A stretch of 64,000 nt of DNA from contig CAXWPH010000014.1 in the NCBI GenBank assembly GCA_963666055.2, forward strand, positions 288,001 to 352,000. The letters are read 5' to 3'. This document shows positions 29,118 to 38,903 of this stretch, one piece after another (position 1 is the stretch's first letter; the number at the start of each line of letters is the position of its first letter). A program made the translations under genes and the position numbers. The notes beneath the pieces were generated by a model. The model saw only the letters and a program-made list of their open reading frames with translations. It searched no databases and was not told the DNA's origin. This DNA is from Acidobacteriota bacterium (lineage in GTDB: Bacteria > Acidobacteriota > UBA890 > WLXD01).

Positions 29118-30311
29118 ATGGGCAGCGGTGTGGAGCCTGCGGTCCAGCGCGTTGCCACCCGTTTCGAAACGCTCCGCGAGTCCGACTACGCCCTCCCGGA
29201 CGACTTCGCTCGGCGCGTGCTCAGCCCCGCGCTGGTCGTACATCTCGACAAGGTGCGCGACAACCTGCGTCGCGTGATCGACTGCGCTGGCGCCGATGCC
29301 AATCGCTGGCGCCCACATGTCAAGACCACCAAGATCCCCCAGGTCTTTGCGGAGGTGGCGCGCATGGGGGTGCGCAACTTCAAGTGCGCGACCACCCGCG
29401 AGGCGGCACTCCTGGCCGACGCTTTCAGGCAAGAGGGCATCGAAGATGGCGACTGCCTGCTCGCCTATCCGCTCGTCGGCCCGGCCCTCGTGCGCCTCGG
29501 CCGCATCGCCGAACAACACCCCGAGACGCGCCTGTCGGTACTTTGCGAGGAGCCGGTCCGCGTAGCGGAGGTTGCGCCACAGCTGTCCGTGTTCGTCGAC
29601 GTCAACCCCGGCATGAACCGCACCGGCATACCGATGGCCGACGCCGAAGAGATCCTGGCCGTCGCGCGGGCTGCAGGCGATCGCTTCCGCGGCGTGCACC
29701 TCTACGACGGGCACCTGTACGATCTTGCCAGCGCGGATCGCAGGCGCGCAGCCTTCGAGTGCTACGACAGACTGCTCGAGCTGGTCTCTGCGCTCGAGTC
29801 TGCGGGACATTCAGTGCCCGAGATCATCACCAGCGGCACACCGACGTTTCTACACGCGCTGGCCTTTGAGCGCTTCGCGGAGCTCGGGGAGACACGCCAC
29901 CGCGTCTCCCCGGGCACGGTCGTCTATCACGACGTGAACGGCGAACAGGCGAATCCCGAGCTCGCGCTCACGCCTGCAGCCACCCTGTTCACGCGCGTGG
30001 TCAGCCACCCGAGCGCGGCGCTCGTCACCTGCGACGCGGGAGTGAAGTCGATCGCCGCGGAAGATGGTGATCCCTGCGCCTTCGTCATCGGGCATCCCCA
30101 CCTTGTTGCGCAACCGCCGAGTGAAGAGCACCTGCCGCTCCACGTGACGAGCGGCGAGCGCCCGGCGCGCGGCACGCCCTTGCACCTGGTGCCGAAGCAT
30201 GTGTGCCCCACGGTGAACCTTGCGGAGCAAGCCGTCTTGATGGACGGCGGAGTAGTGCAGGACGTGGTTCGCGTCAGTGCTCGGGCTCACGAGCTCTTGC
30301 TCGACGAATGA
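29118..30311 (+). CDS. PLP fold-III D-threonine aldolase/D-serine dehydratase-like enzyme
   Basis: WRPHVKT.K, RTG, YDGH, SGTP, DAG.KS, SEEH, P.HVCPTVN. Confidence 0.85.
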   Translation: MGSGVEPAVQRVATRFETLRESDYALPDDFARRVLSPALVVHLDKVRDNLRRVIDCAGADANRWRPHVKTTKIPQVFAEVARMGVRNFKCATTREAALLADAFRQEGIEDGDCLLAYPLVGPALVRLGRIAEQHPETRLSVLCEEPVRVAEVAPQLSVFVDVNPGMNRTGIPMADAEEILAVARAAGDRFRGVHLYDGHLYDLASADRRRAAFECYDRLLELVSALESAGHSVPEIITSGTPTFLHALAFERFAELGETRHRVSPGTVVYHDVNGEQANPELALTPAATLFTRVVSHPSAALVTCDAGVKSIAAEDGDPCAFVIGHPHLVAQPPSEEHLPLHVTSGERPARGTPLHLVPKHVCPTVNLAEQAVLMDGGVVQDVVRVSARAHELLLDE

Positions 30312-30425
30312 CCACGGGGCCGATTCCTCCGAAGACAAATCGCACGAGGTAATCCGGTACTGGTGTGTCAAGTTCCGACGCCTCTTCAGAACACAAGCGC
30401 GCGGTTATTGCGGCGGAACCGTATC

Positions 30426-30456
30426 CCATATCGTAAACATAGTGGCTACTATATGG
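30426..30456. promoter_or_regulatory. 31-bp AT-rich palindromic site, copy 1 (candidate operator)
   Basis: 9-13-9 inverted arms; 23/31 identical to 35715-35745 in inverted orientation. Confidence 0.55.
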
Positions 30457-30730
30457 TCGAAATCTCGACATCGAACCCGGCCAATTGGGCATCCTCACGC
30501 GATCATCTTCGCCGAGTGGACTGAGGGCGCCCCTGACGCCGATCGTCCCGCCGTCTATGATGCAAACTCAGAGGGAGACCCTGTCATCGGAACCAGGCGC
30601 GACTTCCCCTCTTCTTGAGCTGGGCGCGAGACGCGCCCAACCACGTGTTTGTGGTTCAGGGATTCTCCCCTCCACCTGCATCTCGCACCGGTGCTCGCCG
30701 GGGCGGTCAACCGCGAGCGAGGTCGCGATC

Positions 30731-31708
30731 ATGACTATCGAAGTTCAACAGCAGTTGGATGTACCCCAGTTGGTCCTGGAGGCCAGCGAGAGATGCCGGG
30801 ACCACCTCTCGCCCACACCTCTGGAGTACTCCTTGTACCTCAGCAAGGAGATCGAGGGCGATGTCTGGCTCAAGCTGGACTCGATGCAGAGAACCTCCTC
30901 CTTCAAGTTCCGCGGTGCGATCAACAAGATCCTCTCGCTCACGGAAGAGGAACTGGACCGTGGGGTGGTCTCGGCCTCGACAGGCAACTACGCGTTGGCG
31001 GTTGCCGAGGCCATGAGGATCCGCGGACGCCGCGCCACCGTCTACGTGGCGGAGGATCTCCAGCCATCACGTCTGGAGCTGTTGCGGTTCCATGACCTGG
31101 ACCTGGTCATCCACGGCGAACGAGCCTGGGACGCGGAGGAGGGGGCCCGGCGCGCTGCGGAAGAAGACGGCAAGACCTACGTGTCGCCGTACAACGATCC
31201 GCTCGTGGTCGGCGGACAGGGAACCTGCGGGTACGAGATCTCCACGCAACTTCCCGACCTGGATGCCGCCCTCTTCGCCTGCGGGGCGGGGGGATTACTG
31301 ACCGGGTCGGCGGGCTGGCTCAAGTCCCACAACCCCGATGTAGAGGCCTTCGGCGTCTCGCCGGAGAACTCCCCGGTGATGCATGAATCGATGCGGGCCA
31401 ACAAGGTGGTCGAGATGGAGACCTTCGCGACGCTGGCCGATACCTGCGCCGGCGGCGTCGATCTGGACAGCATCACCCTGGATCTGTGTCAGCGGTATGT
31501 GGATGAGATCGTGCTGCTCACCGAGACAGAGATCGAAGACGCCATCCGCCTGCTGTTCGAGCAACATCGACTGGTGGTCGAGGGTTCGGGGGCCCTGGCG
31601 GTCGGGGGTCTCCTGAAGCAGAAGGAGCGCTTCAAGGGAAAGAAGGTGGTCGCGGTGCTCTGTGGACGAAATATCGATCTGGAAGTGTTCAAACGAATCA
31701 TCGGGTAA
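30731..31708 (+). CDS. PLP-dependent threonine/serine dehydratase
   Basis: SFKFRGA, ASTGN, SPYND..V.GGQGT, G.GGL, LVVEGSGA, CGRN. Confidence 0.9.
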   Translation: MTIEVQQQLDVPQLVLEASERCRDHLSPTPLEYSLYLSKEIEGDVWLKLDSMQRTSSFKFRGAINKILSLTEEELDRGVVSASTGNYALAVAEAMRIRGRRATVYVAEDLQPSRLELLRFHDLDLVIHGERAWDAEEGARRAAEEDGKTYVSPYNDPLVVGGQGTCGYEISTQLPDLDAALFACGAGGLLTGSAGWLKSHNPDVEAFGVSPENSPVMHESMRANKVVEMETFATLADTCAGGVDLDSITLDLCQRYVDEIVLLTETEIEDAIRLLFEQHRLVVEGSGALAVGGLLKQKERFKGKKVVAVLCGRNIDLEVFKRIIG

Positions 31709-31820
31709 GCCCTCTGCTTGAGTATCCCTGGTTGACCGATCTGGTCCTCCCCGTCACGTTGCCGCGACCCGTCAAAGTGCTTTACCTACGGCGGGGCTCA
31801 CCGCCGGTGTACGAGCTCCG

Positions 31821-33182
31821 ATGAGAAGCGACAGCGCATTGCCGAAGGCGGCCGGCCCGGGAAGGGCGCGGAATGAGGGACTGGTGCGCGTGATTGGAAC
31901 CGGCGCACTTGGCTTGAGCGTTGTGAACATGGTGGTCGGCGCAGGAATCTTTGTCCTGCCGGGCCGCATCGCAGCAGAGCTGGGGTCTGCCGCGATTCTT
32001 GCCTACCTCGTCTGTTCGGTCGCCTTAGCGTTGATCTTCCTGTGTTTCGCCGAAGTCGGCAGTCGCACAACCCGCAGTGGCGGCGCCTACGCGTACATCG
32101 AAGAAGCGTTCGGACCGCTTGCCGGATTCATCGCGTCGATACTGCTCTGGTTTGGCTATTCTGCCCTGGCGGATGCGGCGATCACCGTCGCCATGGTTGA
32201 AGTAATGACCATCGCGTTCCCGATTCTTGGCGGGAGCCTTCCACGTGCAGTGTTTATCATCGCCTTGTTCATGTTTATGGCCGTCGTAAACATCAGGGGC
32301 GTCAGGGCGGGCGTACGACTGTACGTGTTCAACACGCTGGCCAAGTTGATCCCGTTGGTGCTGCTGTTGGTCGCCGGACTGTTCGCCATCAACATGGAGA
32401 ATCTTGTAATACCCGAATGGCCTTCCGCTGGGGAAATTGGAGCCGGCGCCATCCTGCTGTTTTTTGCCTTCACCGGGGCAGAGTCTGCGCTCAACGCCAG
32501 TGGAGAGATCAAGAACCCATCGAAGACCGTGCCGATGGGGCTATTGATCGGGATCAGCGGTCTTCTTGTGCTTTACGTTGGGCTACAAACTGTGGCGCAG
32601 GGCGTGCTCGGGCCGGAACTTGCAAACAGCACCGAGGCGCCGCTGGCGGCTGTTGCGGTCGAAGTGTTCGGCAGTTGGGGCGGCACGATGCTGCTCGTCG
32701 GCGTTGTTATTTCGATTTATGGCGCGATCAGCGGAGACATGCTGGGTGCCCCGAGGGTCATATTCGCGTCATCGCTGGACGACAACCTACCGAGGTCCCT
32801 GTCGAAGGTGCACCCAACGTACAAAACGCCGTATGTGGCCGTGGTCTTCTTCGCAATCGTCGTGTGCGCGTTTGCCTTGAGTGGCACGTTCAGGTACCTG
32901 GCCGTATTCGCCACCGGGTCGCTGCTGCTCATTGACCTCGGCGTGAGCCTTGCCGTGCTGCGTTTGCGCCAGCGTGATGGTCTGCCCAAAGCTGGAGAGT
33001 TCCGATTGCCACTCGGACCTCTCATTCCGCTGTTGAGCTGCCTCATCGTCGGCTGGCTGCTTTTGCAGGTGCCGGCCGAAGAGGCCGTCAGCATTGCCGC
33101 GCTTATTAGCGCCGCGGCCGTCGCATACGCCATTCGCGCTTTGGCTCGCGGATCGTGGCGCGGCACCAAACAGGCACCTTAG
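31821..33182 (+). CDS. APC-family amino acid permease
   Basis: MVVGAGIFVLPG, SGGAYAY, FAFTGAE, EIKNP; about 12 TM helices. Confidence 0.92.
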   Translation: MRSDSALPKAAGPGRARNEGLVRVIGTGALGLSVVNMVVGAGIFVLPGRIAAELGSAAILAYLVCSVALALIFLCFAEVGSRTTRSGGAYAYIEEAFGPLAGFIASILLWFGYSALADAAITVAMVEVMTIAFPILGGSLPRAVFIIALFMFMAVVNIRGVRAGVRLYVFNTLAKLIPLVLLLVAGLFAINMENLVIPEWPSAGEIGAGAILLFFAFTGAESALNASGEIKNPSKTVPMGLLIGISGLLVLYVGLQTVAQGVLGPELANSTEAPLAAVAVEVFGSWGGTMLLVGVVISIYGAISGDMLGAPRVIFASSLDDNLPRSLSKVHPTYKTPYVAVVFFAIVVCAFALSGTFRYLAVFATGSLLLIDLGVSLAVLRLRQRDGLPKAGEFRLPLGPLIPLLSCLIVGWLLLQVPAEEAVSIAALISAAAVAYAIRALARGSWRGTKQAP

Positions 33183-33227
33183 CAGGCCGTGGTTCTGCTT
33201 CTGCCCCGACTATTCCTTCCACTCATC

Positions 33228-33435
33228 CTACTTTGCGAACGGTACAGGCTCGGGCTTCCTGGGCATACGTTCGTCACGCATGGCGGCGTGATACAGGAAG
33301 CTCGCCATGATCACGCTAGCCTGCTTCCCCCTCGTCCCGGATCTTGTTGATCATGTCGAGATCGACGGGCTCCTCTCCCAGGACCGATCCGGCGCACAGG
33401 AACGCCGCTATGCACACAGCAAGTGACCTTTTCAT
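33228..33435 (-). pseudogene. M28-type peptidase hollowed out to first ~36 and last ~31 codons
   Basis: RBS + MKRS...[15 protein letters not shown] joined out of frame to [25 protein letters not shown]-stop. Confidence 0.7.
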
Positions 33436-33505
33436 TCTTGGAAACTCCTCTATGCGAACGACTGTGTTGTCTACGTCGGCCATCCCATACTCGGGCCTTC
33501 GAGCA

Positions 33506-33627
33506 TTACTCCGAGCGCGCATCAACGACCAGCCTCCCATCGATGAAGACCATCTGTGGCAGCGCACGATAATCGAAGGGGTGACCCTCGAGGACCATGA
33601 AGTCGGCATCCTTTCCGACCTCCAGGC
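33506..33627 (-). pseudogene. Second amidohydrolase C-terminal stub
   Basis: SLEVGKDADFMVLEGHPFDYRALPQMVFIDGRLV; paralogous to the 23993 fragment. Confidence 0.75.
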
Positions 33628-33693
33628 TGCCCCACTCAGCGGCCCCGGGGCCCGAAATACTCGGCCCCGTCGCCAGGCCCGTCAAAGATCTTG

Positions 33694-34449
33694 TTACGAC
33701 GCGTTCCCGAGGGCGACGGTGATCGCTTGGCCGCTCACCCCGCTGGATTCCTCCGAAGCGAGGAAGGCAATCATCTCGGCAACCTCCCGAGGTTTCACTA
33801 CACGGCCGGGCAGATACATCGCATCCCGTTCTTTCCAGATCTCTTCCGGCGAAACACCACGGTCGCGTGCTTCAGCCCGCGCTGAGCGCTCGGCCATCTC
33901 CGTTCGCACCCAGCCCGGCAGCACGGCATTAGAAGTGATGCCATAGGCACCGCCATCCTGCGCGACAGACCACATCAACCCCAGCAGACCAGTCTTGGAG
34001 CAGTTGTAGGCACTGCCGGCCGGCTCGGCAAAGCGGGCTGCTGTCGAGCTCGTGTAGACCATGCGCCCGTAGTTCTGTTCCACCATGCCGGGCAGCAGCA
34101 ACCTCGACATGTGGAACGGCCCGTCGAGATTGATCCGCATGGATTCGTACCAGACGTCGGGGTCCTGCTCCCAGATCACCTTTTCGTGGGCCGAACCGAT
34201 TCCATGGTTGCAAACGAATATCTCAACCGGGCCGAGCCTTCCAGCAGTCTCTTCAACCGCAAGCGTGCAGCCTTCAAGCGTGCCCAAGTCGGCGACGGTG
34301 TACTCGACCCCCAGGGCCACCAGCTCCGCTTCTGAGCGTGCGATCGCCATGACGCGCGCGCCACGCGCGGTCAGAATCTCCGTGGTGGCCTTGCCGATGC
34401 CGCGGCCCGCGCCGGTAACCAACGCCACCCGTCCTTCAACTCCGGCCAT
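33694..34449 (-). CDS. Short-chain dehydrogenase/reductase
   Basis: TGAGRGIG, YNCSK (YxxxK), PGWVRTEM. Confidence 0.92.
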   Translation of the reverse strand: MAGVEGRVALVTGAGRGIGKATTEILTARGARVMAIARSEAELVALGVEYTVADLGTLEGCTLAVEETAGRLGPVEIFVCNHGIGSAHEKVIWEQDPDVWYESMRINLDGPFHMSRLLLPGMVEQNYGRMVYTSSTAARFAEPAGSAYNCSKTGLLGLMWSVAQDGGAYGITSNAVLPGWVRTEMAERSARAEARDRGVSPEEIWKERDAMYLPGRVVKPREVAEMIAFLASEESSGVSGQAITVALGNAS

Positions 34450-34572
34450 CTCTGAATCGCTCCCTTACTGGGGGCATTGTCAACCAACTGGAGGGCTCGG
34501 GTGACCAGGTTGAGATTGCCGCTTTGCAGTAGCTTCGGGGGCACCCTATCAGCTAGTCGCTTGCGCCTGGGG

Positions 34573-35550
34573 TCACGACTCGATTGGTGTCCCGAAGCCC
34601 TTCCCACGAGCGGCGTGCAGTGTGGCGCTGGCGATGGCGGCGTCTTGGACGCCTAAGCCGGTCAGATCCGCAATCGTGATCTGCTCTTCTGTTTCACGAC
34701 CAGGGACCTTGCCCACCACAATAGCTCCGAGCTCGACACAGTCCTCGGCCCGCAACCGGCCGGCGTCGACGGCGTGGTGAATCTCGCCCAGCTCGAGGCA
34801 CTGGGACAACCGGTCCGCGACCACGAGATCGGCGCGATGCAGCAGCTCGACGTCAAGCTCCTGCTTTTCCGGGCCATCGGACCCGACGGCGGTGATGTGC
34901 GTGCCCGGCTCGATCCACTCGGCACGCACCAAGGGCTCGCGGGCGACGGTCACCGTTAGCACCACATTCGCCCCCTGAACCGCGTCCTCGATCCGTTCCA
35001 CCGCTTGCACGTCAACGTCGAGCTCGTCGGCCATCTCGGCAGCGCATTGCTGCGCTCGTTCCAGGTGCCTGTTCCATATGGACACGCTGGGGATGGTGCG
35101 TACCTGGGCCAACGCGCGGAGCTGCATGCGGGCCTGAATGCCGGCACCGATTACGGCGACGCCGCGAAGCTCTTGCGGTGCCAGATAGCGCGCGGCGACG
35201 GCCCCTGCGGCGCCGGTTCGCAGGTCGCTGAGGTGGCTATTGTCAAACAGCAAGCCAGCAGGCTGGCCGTTGTTGGCGTCGAAGGCGAGCACCAGCCCGC
35301 TGGCCATGGGCAGCCCCATCTGCGGATTGCGGTAGAAACCGCACGCGACCTTGAACACGAAGTGATCGCTGCCGTGAATGTGCGCCCCTTTCACATGAAT
35401 CTCGGCGTCGATATCAGGTATGTCGAGGCCGATCGGCGGCGGCTGCGTGACCTGGTCTCGCGCCAGCGCCTCGAACGCTCTCTCGACAACATCAATAGCG
35501 ATTGCCATGTCGACGCTGTCGCGAATCTCCTGTTCCGTTAACAGGAGCAT
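34573..35550 (-). CDS. Ornithine cyclodeaminase/mu-crystallin family protein
   Basis: LRTGAAGAVA, IGAGIQAR, HITAVGSD, DLTGLGVQD. Confidence 0.92.
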   Translation of the reverse strand: MLLLTEQEIRDSVDMAIAIDVVERAFEALARDQVTQPPPIGLDIPDIDAEIHVKGAHIHGSDHFVFKVACGFYRNPQMGLPMASGLVLAFDANNGQPAGLLFDNSHLSDLRTGAAGAVAARYLAPQELRGVAVIGAGIQARMQLRALAQVRTIPSVSIWNRHLERAQQCAAEMADELDVDVQAVERIEDAVQGANVVLTVTVAREPLVRAEWIEPGTHITAVGSDGPEKQELDVELLHRADLVVADRLSQCLELGEIHHAVDAGRLRAEDCVELGAIVVGKVPGRETEEQITIADLTGLGVQDAAIASATLHAARGKGFGTPIES

Positions 35551-35714
35551 CGGTGCGGAGTGCCGCTCCTTGGCTACCACAGCATCGGAACTCGCCGCAT
35601 CGATGTTGCCTACGGACACTGACCTTACCTCCCGGGTTGGTACCACGTCTTGTCTAGGCGACTCCGTACTTGAGATCACTCCGGAATCGCGTGACCACCG
35701 TGCGTGCTACCGTC

Positions 35715-35745
35715 CCACATAGTAGCCATCGTATTCACTATGTGG
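35715..35745. promoter_or_regulatory. 31-bp palindromic site, copy 2, between divergent OCD and GcvT-like genes
   Basis: CCACATAGT-N13-ACTATGTGG, perfect arms. Confidence 0.6.
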
Positions 35746-36026
35746 TTGGTACGCGTATCTTCAGGAGAGACGGTTGGAAGAGTACACCAACAGAGAGAAG
35801 CGTCATGAGGGCCCGGCGACACGGGGATCTCTCGTGCGCGCCTTGGTCGGCGATGCTCGCACGGATGGATTACCCTGCCAGGTGCCGAGGCCGAGTGATT
35901 CGGTCGAGCACCGGTTCGACAGCGACTTGTGAGTGGGTGAGACTTGGGACGTATCTCCGTGGTAACCCGTCTTCCCATGCCCGCGGCATAACATCTGGAC
36001 CTCTGACTGGAAGACCTGCGCTCATC

Positions 36027-37217
36027 ATGGCCATCGGTACACCGCTTCATCCCCGCACCGAGCCGCTCTGTCACAGCTACGACTGGACGCAATGGTCCGG
36101 CTATCTGAGCGTTAGCTCGTACAACGACTTCGTACAGCCGGAGTACGCGTCGATTCGCAACTCGGCGGCGTTGATCGATCTGTCGCCGCTTTACAAGTAT
36201 GCGGTCAACGGTGCCGATGCCGCGGCGTTGATGGACCGGATCGTGACCCACGATGCCGCCGGAATGAGCGTCGGCCAGGTGATCTACACACCGTGGTGTG
36301 ATCCCAATGGAATGGTGCGCCAGGAAGGCACGGTGTTCCGCTACGAGGAAGATCGCTTCGAGCTCTACGCCGCCGAGCCGGCGTTGGAATGGATTCTGCG
36401 CAACGCCGTCGGATATCAGGTCGAGGTGACCGATCGGTCCGCCCAGGTTGCCATGCTGTCGCTCCAGGGCCCACATTCTCGCCACGTGCTCGACGCCGCT
36501 ACCGACGGTGCCATCGGCGCCCTCGCGTTCTTCCGTTGCACCCGAGCACGCATTGGCGGGGTCGACGTGGCGGTTTCGCGCACCGGCTTCACGGGAGACC
36601 TCGGATACGAGATCTGGATCCCGGCCGCCGAAGCCGTGTCCGTCTGGGATCGCCTCATGGAGGTCGGTGCGCCCTGGCAGATCACGCCTTGTGGCCTGGT
36701 GGCGATGGACATCGCCCGTGTCGAAGCCGGTTTGATCCTCATAAGCGTCGACTACGTCAGTTCCGAGTTCGCGCACACCGATGATGATCTGGTGAGGCCA
36801 TACGAGCTCGGGCTCGGATGGGCGGTCAAGCTCGATAGGGGGAACTTCGTCGGGCGCAAGGCGCTGAGAGTGGCGAACAAGACCGGACCACGGCGCCGCG
36901 TCGTTGGTCTGGAAATCGAGTGGCAGCCGCTCGAGGAAGCGTACATGGCTGCCGACCTGATGCCGGAATTGCCGATGACGGTGTGTCGTGAACCGGTACC
37001 GGTCTACTCGGGCGAAGGCCTACAGGTCGGCCGCGCGACCAGCAAAGTGTGGTCGAAGCTGTTGAAGAAGTATATCGCCCTGGCAACCATCGACGCGGAT
37101 TGTGCACAGATTGGCAGCCGCCTCGAGATGGAGGTAACGGTGCAGTATCGACGTTCCCGCGTCGCTGCAACGGTGGCCGACAAGGGCTTCTTCCGCCCGG
37201 CACGCATGCGTGCCTGA
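36027..37217 (+). CDS. GcvT-like (folate-binding) aminomethyltransferase family protein
   Basis: DLSPLYKY, LQGP.S, SRTGFTGDLGYEIW, RVEAG, F.G..AL. Confidence 0.9.
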   Translation: MAIGTPLHPRTEPLCHSYDWTQWSGYLSVSSYNDFVQPEYASIRNSAALIDLSPLYKYAVNGADAAALMDRIVTHDAAGMSVGQVIYTPWCDPNGMVRQEGTVFRYEEDRFELYAAEPALEWILRNAVGYQVEVTDRSAQVAMLSLQGPHSRHVLDAATDGAIGALAFFRCTRARIGGVDVAVSRTGFTGDLGYEIWIPAAEAVSVWDRLMEVGAPWQITPCGLVAMDIARVEAGLILISVDYVSSEFAHTDDDLVRPYELGLGWAVKLDRGNFVGRKALRVANKTGPRRRVVGLEIEWQPLEEAYMAADLMPELPMTVCREPVPVYSGEGLQVGRATSKVWSKLLKKYIALATIDADCAQIGSRLEMEVTVQYRRSRVAATVADKGFFRPARMRA

Positions 37218-37306
37218 GACCCGTTGATTATGTCCCCAACCCAAGTCCACCGTCGCGAACTTCGGCCCGGCGACGATTCCGGGTCGACTGGCACTTTGTT
37301 CAGGCG

Positions 37307-38899
37307 ATGAGTCAGTCCTACGACGCCATTGTCATCGGAGGCGGCCACAACGGCCTCACCTGTGCCGCCTATCTGGGGCGCGCCGGTCGGCGCGTGCTGG
37401 TGCTCGAACGCCGTCATCTGGTGGGTGGCGCGGGGGTGACCGAGGAGATCTACCCGGGGTTCAAGTACACCGTCTGCTCGTACGTGGTGAGCTTGCTGCG
37501 GCCACAGATCATCGCCGACCTGGAACTGCCCAAATACGGCTTCGAGCTACTGCCACTGAACGGAACGCTGACGCCGATGCGCAACGGCGATCACCTGATG
37601 CGCTGGCACGACGCCGCGGAGACGCGGATGGAGTTGATGCGCCACTCCGCCGCCGACGCCGAGGCCTACGAGCATTTCTCCATGCTCATGTATCACCTCG
37701 GCAAGGCAGTTCGACCGATGTTGTCGATGACGCCGCCCGATCCGACCTCGCTGGCACCAGCAACGCTGGCAAAGCTGGCGGATATCGCGCGTACGTTCGG
37801 CAAGCGCACCGACTACCTCTACGACTTCGCCAAGCTGATGACGATGAGCTCGGCGGACTTCGTCGAGCAGTGGTTCGAGACGCCGGCGCTGCTCGGGACA
37901 CTGGCGTCGAGCGGCATTATCGGCACCTTCCTGGGCCCACGCTCGCCGGGGTCGGCCTACGTGATGCTGCATCACTACATGGGCGAGATCGACGGAGAGT
38001 TCCGCGCCTGGGGTTTGCCGCGCGGCGGAATGGGAGCGGTGTCGGAATCGATCGCTTCGGCGGCGCGCGCTCACGGTGCCGAGATTCGCACCGAGGCCGG
38101 CGTGGAACGCGTGCTCGTCAAGAACGGCCGCGTCACCGGCGTGGTGCTGGAAGACGGCGAGGAGATTCACGCCAAGGTGCTGGTGTCGAGCCTCGACCCG
38201 AAGCGCACGTTTCAAAAGCTGATCGAGCCGGAGCACCTTCCGGACGACTTCCGCACCGACATCGACCGTTACAAGATCCGTGGCTCCTCGGGCAAGGTGA
38301 ACCTGTCGCTCGATGCGTTGCCCGACGTGACCTGCTTGCGCCACCTTTCAGCCGACCAGCGCATCCCCTACTTGTCCGGGGCTATCTCCATCAGCCCCGA
38401 CATCGAGTACCTCGAGCACGCCTACGACGACGCAAAGTACGGGCGCCACTCGCGCCACCCGTACATGGACATCGTCATCCCGTCGCTGATCGATCCGACG
38501 ATGGCGCCAGCAGGCAAGCACGTGATGTCGATCTTCTGCGCCTACGCGCCTTACGAGCTCGCCGAGGGTAACTGGGAGGACAATCGCGAGGTGTTCGGGG
38601 ATGCGGTCATCGACACGCTGTCGGAGTTCGTGCCCAACATCAAGGACATAATCCTACACCGGCAAGTACTGTCGCCCTGGGACATGGAGCAGATGATGGG
38701 CCTCACGCAGGGCAACATCTTCCACGGCGAGCTGACGCTCGAGCAGCTGTTCTTTCTCCGTCCAGTGCCGGGATACGCCGACTTCACTACTCCACTGCGG
38801 AGCTTCTACATGTGCGGCTCCGGCTGTCACCCGGGCGGCGGCATCATGGGCGCACCTGGGAAGCTCGCGGCACAGCGAATCATCGCGGACACGGCCTGA
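37307..38899 (+). CDS. Phytoene dehydrogenase-like FAD oxidoreductase (COG1233), paralog 1
   Basis: GGGHNGL, SPGSAYVMLHH, GNIFHGEL, HPGGGIMGAPG. Confidence 0.9.
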   Translation: MSQSYDAIVIGGGHNGLTCAAYLGRAGRRVLVLERRHLVGGAGVTEEIYPGFKYTVCSYVVSLLRPQIIADLELPKYGFELLPLNGTLTPMRNGDHLMRWHDAAETRMELMRHSAADAEAYEHFSMLMYHLGKAVRPMLSMTPPDPTSLAPATLAKLADIARTFGKRTDYLYDFAKLMTMSSADFVEQWFETPALLGTLASSGIIGTFLGPRSPGSAYVMLHHYMGEIDGEFRAWGLPRGGMGAVSESIASAARAHGAEIRTEAGVERVLVKNGRVTGVVLEDGEEIHAKVLVSSLDPKRTFQKLIEPEHLPDDFRTDIDRYKIRGSSGKVNLSLDALPDVTCLRHLSADQRIPYLSGAISISPDIEYLEHAYDDAKYGRHSRHPYMDIVIPSLIDPTMAPAGKHVMSIFCAYAPYELAEGNWEDNREVFGDAVIDTLSEFVPNIKDIILHRQVLSPWDMEQMMGLTQGNIFHGELTLEQLFFLRPVPGYADFTTPLRSFYMCGSGCHPGGGIMGAPGKLAAQRIIADTA

Positions 38900-38903
38900 G
38901 CGC

